64,000 nucleotides of DNA from a virus: the IMG/VR virus record IMGVR_UViG_3300028392_000045, positions 33,265 to 97,264 of that record. One strand, given 5' to 3'. The stretch's first letter is position 1. Every line of letters begins with the position of its first letter. Positions 47,644-58,300 of this stretch are shown here, piece by piece. Below the pieces are notes generated by a model, which saw only the letters and a list, made by a program, of their open reading frames with translations, was not told the origin of the DNA and ran no database searches. Position numbers and translations under genes: made by a program.

Positions 47644-50600
47644 AATTGACAAAACATTATTATAAACCTATTTTATTTGATAAAAGAATTACGGATATAT
47701 TAAGAGTAGATATATTTGATAATATTTTAGGACAAGGAAAATTTTTTACTCCTATAATGGTATTGATATGATGCTGAAAACAAACTATGTGAATTTTACT
47801 TACCATCATGGTTATTTTTACTTTGCATCTAAAAGTGCGCAACCTATACAAGGTAGATATACTAGTAATCATGAATCTTATGATGAAGCAAATTTAATAG
47901 TAATAATATGAAAATACAATTTAGAATATCAGGCATAGCTTATTTCCTAGACAAACAAAAATCAGGATTAAGTAATCCTAGTGAAGATTTAAAATATTTT
48001 GCAAAATGGAATACTAAAGAATTGATACTATGGAACTGAATCTACATTATGTACCATTCTTCTATGGATCAATAATTACAAGAACTGATTTTATAAGATT
48101 TCAATTGGATGGTGAGTATCGCATTGAACACTTTATCAAAACGTCAACTTACCTGGATGCAGCTATATTTGAGGAGGTAGACGATAGTGCTTTTTTGATT
48201 TTAGTATAACTGAAAAATTATGCAAGTAATCTTAATCAGACCAAGTTATCATCCTTGTAATTATTTAATGCCTTATTATGTTAGAAATGCGTCATCAATT
48301 GACTTAACTTTACTATGTTACTTACGCATTCCTAGTCATGGTAATATCATCACACAAATACATTAATATGCATTTAGAATACTTTTACAATAGTATAGGC
48401 TATTATGATAATGAGGTAAACATAAATTTAGAACTTCTTCCTAACTGTAGTCCAATAGAAAAAGCTCTTACATCAATTTTATGGGATGCAAAATTAATTA
48501 TAGCTATATGAACATAAAAACATACTTAACTAATCGTACAAAGCATTATAAAATGAGTTTTGACTCTGATATTGCTAGAGGTATATATAATGCAAAAAGA
48601 AGTAATAGGTTTCACTCAACTTTTCTAATATGTTTATAGTAAATAAATATGGATGCGGAGAGTTTTGGTATAAACAGACACTATTTCTGTATTATGACCA
48701 TTTAGATGAAATATATTACGGATTAAAACTAATAGAATGAAACTATATACTTACAATCCAAGTATTACACACTGCCATCATAATAGACACAGCTTCTTTA
48801 ATCAGTCAAATACATTTTTTATTAGAGTATTTGGTATTAGTGAAGACTTTACTAACACAATAATTATAATATGAAACTATACTCTTATTATAGGTTTTCT
48901 TTTTATAACAGTTACCAGCGCCAATGTAAAAATATAGTAAAAGATGATTATATTCTTATTGATTCTATTGATCCAGATGCTAGTACACTATTAATACTAA
49001 TCTAATGAAGTTAAAATTATTACAATCAGGTGTAGGATACCATCAAAAGAATATCCATATAATAAATTCTACTGCCTTCTTAGGGATTTTTCATATCTCA
49101 AATAATGTATATTTAAATAACTCAATGTTAGCATGGATCTAAAAGCTATTACAGTAGGAAATGGATATACCGATTATCTAGTCCATTACCAATTTAATTC
49201 AGTGATGAGATATCCTACCAAATTCACTATCAAATTCACAAATAAAATACTTAATAATCTAATTTGTATCCAATGATGATAATAGCTAAATATACTCTGC
49301 ACCATTTTGATTTAAGTCAACATCACAGCAATCTTAATGATAATAGATTTTGTCCTATTCATCCATTAGATATTGATGGAAGTATTAGTGTAATGACAAA
49401 AAGATTAAGCAACAAAATAATTCTAGCATGAGTATAGATATATTTAGAGCTAGACATTGTTTTGGCAGTTTAATGCTAAGTACAATAACTCACAATTATA
49501 TTTATCCATCTGTTAATTATGGAAGTTATTCTTACAGAGCAAATCTAATAATAAATATATGAAAATAAATCTAGTGTTATTAGCACGACCAAAGCTTTAT
49601 AGACCTGTAGCTTTTCAAAATTATAAAGCTTATTTACCTTTAGAAAATAAAGAATTTAATTTGCAAATTTGTATACAATGAGAATACATCCATCAAAATT
49701 CAATAATCATTATTTCTCTAGGAGAAATTATAAATCAGAACCTAATAAATGTTTGTTGTATATAGGCTATTTACTTTATGGAACTGTAATAATAGAAATA
49801 TGATTTTATTTAGAAATGATTTTCATACTTATTATTCTTTACACATATCTCATATTTGGATTGAATATCCTAATTGTAGTTGGCTTCTTGTAGATAGTCC
49901 AGCAAAAACTAAAACATCTAATTTAATATTGTTATGATGCTAAGAGTTAAAAAGATGCCTACTAATTTTATAAATAGACAACACTTTTATAAAGAGTCAT
50001 GGTGGACATTAGGGCAAATAAATCATCTGAATAGCCATTCCAATACAAAAATAATTTTGATATGAAAATTAAAAGAGGAAGGTTTCTAAGTGCTTATTTT
50101 ATGCATGTATCAAATTTTTCAAATATTCCTAATTTAGATATTAATTTAAAAGTAAGCTATTTTTCACATACTTGTAAACTTAAATTAATATAATGGAATT
50201 AGATTGCAGATATTTTGGGGCTTCTCATTATAAAATTGATCCTGCTGCTCATAAAACTAATACTGGAATTTATTATATATCTGGTAAACCTAATGGACTT
50301 ACAAAAAATTTAATATGGATATGAATGATCGGTACAGAGCTAGGAAGCATAAAGTAAGATATGAGAAAATAGATAAAAATCTTGTGTACGACAGGGATGG
50401 ATGGAAATGCTATATCTGTGGTATTTTCATCTCTCCTAGTCCTGGCTATGACTTACCTTACAATGCTACCTTAGATCATGTAATACCTATGTCTAAAGGA
50501 GGAGACCATACTTATGATAATGTTAGAGCTTGCTGCTATTCCTGTAATCAGAAAAAAGATGACTCATTGTGAATCTAAAAGACTTTACTCAAAGCTACCT

Positions 50601-51384
50601 ATGTTATTACTATGATCAAGAATATGTTTGGAGTAATAATGGTTTTAGCTGTTATAAAACAGAAATTTTAAATATCTCAAGGGCAGATGGCTACTTAATA
50701 ATAGAAATATGAATTTAAGAACACAATATAAATATGCAAATTTCCTTTCCTTATGTGATGTAACTGAATTTTGGAGAGCTGGAATGTATTTTGGATATAG
50801 GAATAAAACTAATTTAATAATACTATTATGAAAATAACTTATCATGTATTTGATTCTAGCTTTGAAGATACATACAGATATATTCGTGCTAATATAAATA
50901 ATAGCTTAGAACAATCTCCTTTAGTTTACCTAACTGATACTAGTCATTTAATTTTAATCTAATGCACTTAACTGTATATTACACAACACCTTGGTTTTCT
51001 ATAAAAATACAACGGCCTTTAATTAAATCCATATTTACTAGTATGAACATAAATATGTATAATCATCTGATTACTCATAATAGCATAAAAGACAATACTA
51101 AATTATTAAAACTTGAATTATGCCATTACTATGAAATTAAATATATACAATAATTTTACTGGATACTTTAGTTCTGAAGTATTAAGAAATAATGCAGTTT
51201 ATTACACGTATTATGTATCTGAAAAAGCAACATCACTTAATAAAAATTTAATACTAATATGAAACTAGTAAACTATCATGATTATCAAGCATACATTTTT
51301 AGACATATCCCATCAAATAGCTTAAGTAAATGTGATATTGTAAAACATTGTAAAGTACATAAAAATTTACTTTTCTTTATCTAA
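47640..51384 (+). CDS. Microprotein array E (26 ORFs plus embedded HNH gene)
   Basis: Starts 47640, 47768, 47908, 48030, 48220, 48368, 48508, 48630, 48737, 48871, 49005, 49133, 49273, 49428, 49559, 49678, 49800, 49934, 50062, 50193, 50569, 50709, 50828, 50962, 51131, 51259; all open, 36-63 aa. Confidence 0.8.
50315..50572 (+). CDS. HNH endonuclease
   Basis: RDGWKCYICG...TLDHVIPMSKGG.H...N....C..CN..K. Confidence 0.92.
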   Translation: MDMNDRYRARKHKVRYEKIDKNLVYDRDGWKCYICGIFISPSPGYDLPYNATLDHVIPMSKGGDHTYDNVRACCYSCNQKKDDSL

Positions 51385-51431
51385 ATACAAATCTTGAAGT
51401 GTATATAAGGGGCGTAACTGCTTGACTTGAC

Positions 51432-52349
51432 TCATGTTCGTATATATTTGAGAGTCAATCCAATTCCAGCACTTCCTTTATTTAAACCTTCAGGATATTT
51501 AGTACCTAATAAATTAATCCAATAGTCTTCTTTATTTTTTAATTCATGGGCTTTACCTTTTTCTAATTCTTTTATAGATAACAAATTCATGTCTTTGCCT
51601 GTTAAGAATTCAGTTAATTTAGTATTATTTCTCTTTTTAAGCACAGTTTCTTTATGTGCTCCAAGTCTTGTAGATAATCGTCTTGTAGTTAATCCTACAT
51701 AAGGTATTACTTCATTATCATATACTAATTGATAGATAAACCCTTCTGATTCAGGATGTACACTTTTATTACTACATGCAGAACAACCTCTATTTTTTGA
51801 AAGAATATTACAAGGTTTAGTTTCAAAGCTAGTTTTACATTCTTTACATGTGACTTCTACTTTGCCTAATCTTCTAAAAGGATATTCTATTTCTCTAAAA
51901 TCATAAATGTCACCATTTCGCTCAATACTTTTTTCTACAAAAGAGTCAAATGATTTTCTTGTTATGTGGCCTGATATTAAACTTCCACATTTAGAACATC
52001 CTCTTCCTTCTAAATGATCTTTAGCTGTTTGCTCAAAGTCCCCATGATCTTTACAAGTTATTATCAATTTTTTCTTCCCTCCTACATACACAGATTTAGT
52101 ATAGTTATATCTACCTTTGTGTTTTTCTATTGCTCTATTTATCCAGTAAGATGTTTTATCTATTGCACATTCTATTGTAGGTTTAGATCTAGTTAAACTT
52201 TGAGCTTGAACTTCGAGTAATCCATAATGATCTTGTACTAAAATCTTATTTCTTTGCCTTTTAAATTCACCAATAATTGTTAATTGTGGATTTGCTTGTG
52301 CAACTCTTTTTGTAAAATTTTCTAGTATTAATTCAGTAATACGTGTCAT
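51432..52349 (-). CDS. Homing endonuclease: Zn-ribbon (DUF723-like) repeats plus C-terminal GIY-YIG domain
   Basis: CKDHGDF...HL.G.GCSKC, CKEC...GCSAC; FIYQL...YVGLT...RL..H...E...GLN. Confidence 0.85.
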   Translation of the reverse strand: MTRITELILENFTKRVAQANPQLTIIGEFKRQRNKILVQDHYGLLEVQAQSLTRSKPTIECAIDKTSYWINRAIEKHKGRYNYTKSVYVGGKKKLIITCKDHGDFEQTAKDHLEGRGCSKCGSLISGHITRKSFDSFVEKSIERNGDIYDFREIEYPFRRLGKVEVTCKECKTSFETKPCNILSKNRGCSACSNKSVHPESEGFIYQLVYDNEVIPYVGLTTRRLSTRLGAHKETVLKKRNNTKLTEFLTGKDMNLLSIKELEKGKAHELKNKEDYWINLLGTKYPEGLNKGSAGIGLTLKYIRT

Positions 52350-52365
52350 ATTAAATTAATTTTGT

Positions 52366-55300
52366 TTACTTATTTTTGTCTACATATAAATCTTCAAGAT
52401 TATATAAAGGGGAAAGTTGTTTGTGTTTCAGGAAGTTATTAGCTCCTTTAGGATCTTGGAATAGAGTATATCCTTTAATACCAGGAATAAGCTGTAATAG
52501 AAATTTCTCTCTTTTACTCAGCCCTTCATACTTACCTGACTCTATTAGCTCTCCTGAAAACAACTCCGTAAAGTTGGTAATTAACTCAAGATCTCTAGCA
52601 GGTACAATAGGATCTTTGATAGCATTAATTAATTCAGTAGGGTTATAGAAAGAAGATACTTCAAGTAAAGCTCTGTTACTTTGATAAGCTAGTAAATCCA
52701 TAAACAAATCATCCTCGTCATCATCTCCACTATTAAGAGCTAGAGCTATAACAGTAAATGCAGAAATCATCAATAATTCTAGCACTACTCTTTTTAGATT
52801 TTCTTTCTGATAATCCTCTAACTCATTCCAATTAGCTAATAGAGATTTTATTTGACTTATTTTTTCTTTAGGCATAAAGTATTTACCTACAAGACTTATA
52901 GCTGACTGATAGGCAAATGTACCAGCAGTTCTATACATGCCTTCAGTCATATCTTGTAAAGTAAAATCATAACCTTTAGTTTTTAATCTTCTTGACATAC
53001 CTTCAAAAAGCCAACCTCTATGTAAACCTACCATAGCAAATACAGAGTGCTGATAGATAGCTGCTTTGTCTTCTGGTGATAATGCTCCATCTACTTGTGA
53101 TGTAATAGTTTTAATCCTTGATGTAAGGTTATCTATTACAGACTGTGACATACTGTGAATAGCTGTACCATCAGCAGTATTAATCATAGAGTAAGCGGAT
53201 ACCATTTTATCGAAGTCTAATCCTGCTCTTTGTGCTTCTTTAGCAGTATAGAATTTACCTTCATGCATTCTAAAGTTATCAAGTACTGAAATCATTACAA
53301 TAGCTTTAGAGAAATAATCTCCAGCTTGATAACCATACATTAAAGTCTTATCTGGTTGATTACGCATCAATACATGCTTGTCTAGGTCATTAAATAGATT
53401 ACGCATATCTTCACCTAAACCAAAAAAACGCATTAGAGTGCTAATCCTATCTGTGGATCTATACTTCTCGTGTGAGTTAAGTATACTAGGTAGCATACTA
53501 AAGAATTCTTTATTAGCAAATGCAGAAGATTTTACTGTAGTATATTTTCCTATTAAAGATTCTATAGTAGCAAAGACCTTAGTACTAATTAAGTTAGAGG
53601 TCATAGTAATAAAGTTCAAACCTAAGTTTTTACTTCTTACCCAGCCACTTAATCTATCTACTAACTTAGATACGTTTACATCATTACCTAGAATTTCTAC
53701 AGTATAGTCGTCTCTTTCTTTACCTGAAATATGTACATCTAGGAAATTCTTTAATGCAGTATAAGACCAAGTAGACTCACCTGACTTCTGTTCTTTACCT
53801 ACTAGTCGTCTAGTTTTAGATAACTGTAGAATATTTTCAAAAGTAGATAGCTTCTTTGACTTCTCTATATAGTTAGTAGCCATCTGCTTGTAAGCTACCA
53901 TAGAAGAAAGTATATCAGAGCTAATTCTTGATGGATCTTTTAGCTTACTGATAAAACGTAAAGGAGCTTGTTCTAGTAGAGTACCATCATTTAACTTAAT
54001 CTCATTATTAAACTCTGTATCATCTTCCTTTCTAGTAATAGCTCCACCTACATTAGCTTTAAGTCTTTTATACAAATCAGGATCTTTATTAAACATAGCA
54101 TCTAACATACTTTCGTAGGTTTGAGGAGCTAGTCTAATATTAGCTTCAGGTAAAGTAAAGTCAATTTTTCTCTTTTCTTTTTTCAAGTATTCTAATACTT
54201 CTTGCTGTCTAGCAGTTAGTTTGGCATAATCCTTATTAGTATAGTCTATTGTAGTAAATTTTTCTTTACCTCGTTTTACTTCACTACCATCTGATGGAGA
54301 TACAAGCTCACCTTTAAAATATTTTATAGAACCATCTTCATTAGTTGCAGTATTTAAAGACCACCATAGACTAAATTGATTAGGACTAAGATGTATTTTT
54401 CTAAGGTTAATAATTTCTTGTGCATTATCAACTACTTTAGTATTATACTTATTCCAGTTATCAATTGCCCTATTATAACTTTTTAGTCTTTCTAATTCTT
54501 TTGCATAGAAAGTTCTAGTAGCAGCATCTAATCCAGGATCAGTCATAAGTAGTTTATAACTCTGAATTAATTTTTGTTCTTTAGCTCTTTCAGTAAAATC
54601 TTGAGAAAATCTATATTGAGTATTTAAATTTTGATAAAACTCTTTTTTATTTTGTTCCCATTGAGTATAGTGTAATCTATGTAACCAGTATCCAGTTTTC
54701 TTTCTTACAGTTCTTACTTTACCAGTTTTTTTGTCTTGTTCTACATAATTATGATATTCGTATACCCAGCTCATATCTTTACCAATAAAATCTTCTACAC
54801 CTGTCATAAAGCTATCAGCCCAAGCCATTGTAGTTCTTCTAATGGCATTATTCAAATCGAATACAAGCTTATGTACTATACGATTTAAAGTATCTGTATT
54901 ATTTCTAATAGGAGCAAACCAAGTCTCTAAGAAATTAGAATCTTTATAAAAGAACTTTAATCCTTTTTTCCAATCCCATCCTATTTTAGCTTGAATCTCT
55001 TCATCAGTTAAGTCAGGAAATTCTTTTCTAAGTCCATCACCAACTTCTCCTACTCCATCTTCATATACCAATTGAGCATAGGCTTGCTGTATTACATCAA
55101 ATCTATTCTTATGGTTAGTAATAAGTTTATCTAATACCATCTTTCTAGCTGAACCTATAATACTATCTTGACCTATAATAGATTTTAACTCTTCTAAGAA
55201 TGGTCTATAATAACCAATAAAAGCTGCTAATTGAGTGACTAAATCATTATTAGTTATTGCAGTACTATTTCTATCTCCTAAATACATACCATGACTAGAT

Positions 55301-58300
55301 TTCTTTACATCAAAGTAATTCTCTAGCCATTTAAAAGCACTATTTAAATCGTTATTAAGAAAGCCTAAAAACTTATAAATACCAAGACCATTGACGTTAC
55401 CTTCTAGTTCTTCAGCAAGAGACTTAATTTGTTTGTCTACAGACTTAATTGCATCTTCAGGTATGTTATTTCTTTTACGTAATGCTTTTTGTCTTTCTTT
55501 CAAAGAGCTAATCTGACCTTTTAGATAATTCTCTTCATCCTGTAGACTATAGTAGATTTCATCTCTTACTACATTCAAAGTAGGTTCTTGTAAAAAAGTA
55601 TCAGTAATATTTTCTAAGTAGTCTGTAAGTTCTTTAGTCTTAAATAAATTTAGGAATTTTCTCCATAAACGCATTAGCCAAGTATCTACACGAATAGGAG
55701 CTAACTTATTTTTTAATACTTGATTTAGCTGCTTACCTAGAATTTCTATCCTGGCCTTACGGTCTGCCACTTTATCATCTAAATTAAAATCTTTCTTATA
55801 TCTTTCTTTGTAGGTTTCATACTCAGAAAAGAAAGGACTTTGCTCAACTAGATCATAAGCTTTTTGAAATTCAGTAGTTCCTTCACTATTCATTACAGCA
55901 ATGTGAGCTACTTCTTCTCCTAACTGCTCTACAGTATAGCCATTACCTAGAGCTACTACTTTCTTAGTAAAGTCAACTAAAGCATTTACATCTCTTAAAT
56001 TAAGATTTGACTCTTTTGCATAATCATCTAGTGTAGATAACTTTAATCCTGCTTTAGTCAATAAATTCAGTAATTTAGTCTCTACTTCTGATAAATTTTT
56101 AGTAGGTGTAGTATCTATATTACCTAGTGGATCTGAAGATAAATTAGGTATTTTTTGAAATGGAAGTTCATCAGGCTCAAAAGGAAGTGCAGTATTAGGT
56201 CTTGTACTAGATAGTTTAACTTCACTTCTAATTAAACTTCTAGGATATTTTTTAGCTACTTCTTTTAAAGCTGCTATTTTAGTATTAATTAAAGCTTGAT
56301 TAGTGTATTCTTTTTCTTTTACTTGCAGATTTTCTAGCTCCTCAGAATTAGTTTTTAAATAACTTTCCCAAACTTCATCAATTCCTAGTCCTACATCTGT
56401 CATATTAGTAATGTCATAATCTTCTACTTTAGTATTAAAAGGAGCATCATAAGGTACATTTTTCATAAACCAATTTCCATTTTGTTTATAAAACCATGTA
56501 TCATTTGCATAGCCTGTATACTGACTTTTTAATACAAATTTATCAGGTATAACTGTAGCTCTGGTATCTAATTTAGTTTTAACGCTGATAATGCTTTCTT
56601 TTATATTGTCTTTAGTTTGAGTAGGTTGAATACCTGAACTAACCCTATTGTTTTTAGTAATTTTAGGTGTAACTAACTTACCATACCTATGATCTAATAT
56701 TCTATTAATTCCATCAATAATTTTTTTAGTTTGATAAGGAATATCTTCATCATATTCTAATCTAAAATTATTGCCTGTAAGAGCTATACCCAACTCATTA
56801 TGATGATGTGCAAGATTGTCTATAATAGATGCTAGATTAGGTTGTACTACATCTATATTTTTTAAAGCTGGATATTTAGTATAGCTTACTCCGAGTAATT
56901 CAGATTTTTTATCTTTATTTACTTTTTCAGAAGCATCCCATACACTACCAGAATATACATCAGTATTAGCAGCCCATAAAATATCTTTAGATTGTGGGTA
57001 TATTTTAAATTTGATTTTACCACCTCCACCTTCTAAATGCCCTATTGTTTTATCTATAGGTTTAGTATAAGCAGAAATAGCAAATTGTCCTCCTGCTTTT
57101 TCATTATCTTCTATATGCTGTAATAAATTTTGCATCATAAGATCTACATCAAATGATGAGTAAGCACCTACTACAGAACTAAACTCTTGTCCTCTTGAAT
57201 ATACTTCTTCAGGGTTATATTGAATATTATTTATTTTTTTCCACTCGTCTATAATTTCTTTAGACTGTTCATATTCTTTGTTTTTTTCTATGAAATGATA
57301 TAATAAAGTGTTTTTTAAAGGAACTATTTGGAGATAAAAATCTAATATTTCTTGTGAATTTCCATATAATTCATCTTGGTATATATCATGTTTAGACCCA
57401 TCCTCAAACTCTAAATGGAATTTATCAGGACTTGGAGGTTCCCATTGATTTTCATCTGCCAAAAAGGTTGCTGGATCTCCTTCTATAAATTTAGCAGATT
57501 TCACCTTTTTACCTGTTATAGGATCTATTTTACCAATAATAGATTTTTTTTCTATTTTAACCTTATTTAAATCAACATCTTTAACATCTCTAGCTAATTT
57601 TCCAATATGATTACTTGCTTCTTGATAGGTTTTAAACTTCATATTATCAGGAGTAGTGTATTCTACTTCATATCCTGGAAGTATAAGCTTACTATTAGAA
57701 TAAGCTAATAAATCAGCTAAATCTTTTAATACTAGATTATCAGGAAGTTTATCTATTTCTACTTCTCTTTTAAATAATAGCTCTTTGATTAAAGATTTTA
57801 TCTCTTTTAATAGTCTTTTAAGTAGTGATATAAGCTTACCATCTTTTACTTTATCTAACCTATCAGCAGTCATCATACCAAGAAGTTCTACAATAGCTTC
57901 TTCTTGTTGTTCTTCTAATGTGTACTTTGTTTTTAAATCATTTTCAGTAATAATAAATTCATCTTTTGTAAAAAGATTCTCATTTAAAAAAGTTGATAAC
58001 CTTGTATTTGTATCATTAATTTGAATAAAATATCTTTTTGAACCAAATAAATTATCTGATGTGACTTTTGCACCAATTAAATCTGTTATTTTATTAATCC
58101 CCCAATCTTCAAAATCATGACGAAGATTATTATATTTATAAACATAATCTCTCTTAATCCTATCTAATACTTCTTTACCTCTACCATATTCAAGTTCTTT
58201 AAGTAAGTTTTGATATAGACTAGAAAAATTTTTCAAATACTCACTATTTAATTTATTCCATTCTTTACCATGTTCTTTAAAAGCTTCATTATACTCATCT

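Noticed and set aside
49749-49937. ORF-track start at 49749 (and 29665 for the array C unit)
   Set aside because: The true starts are more likely the coupled ATGs at 49800 and 29683, which fit the family pattern
46081-51384. CRISPR array or DGR interpretation of the periodic region
   Set aside because: Junction motif is degenerate and non-palindromic, the ~110 bp spacers are open reading frames, and no cas gene, reverse transcriptase or template/variable repeat pair is visible
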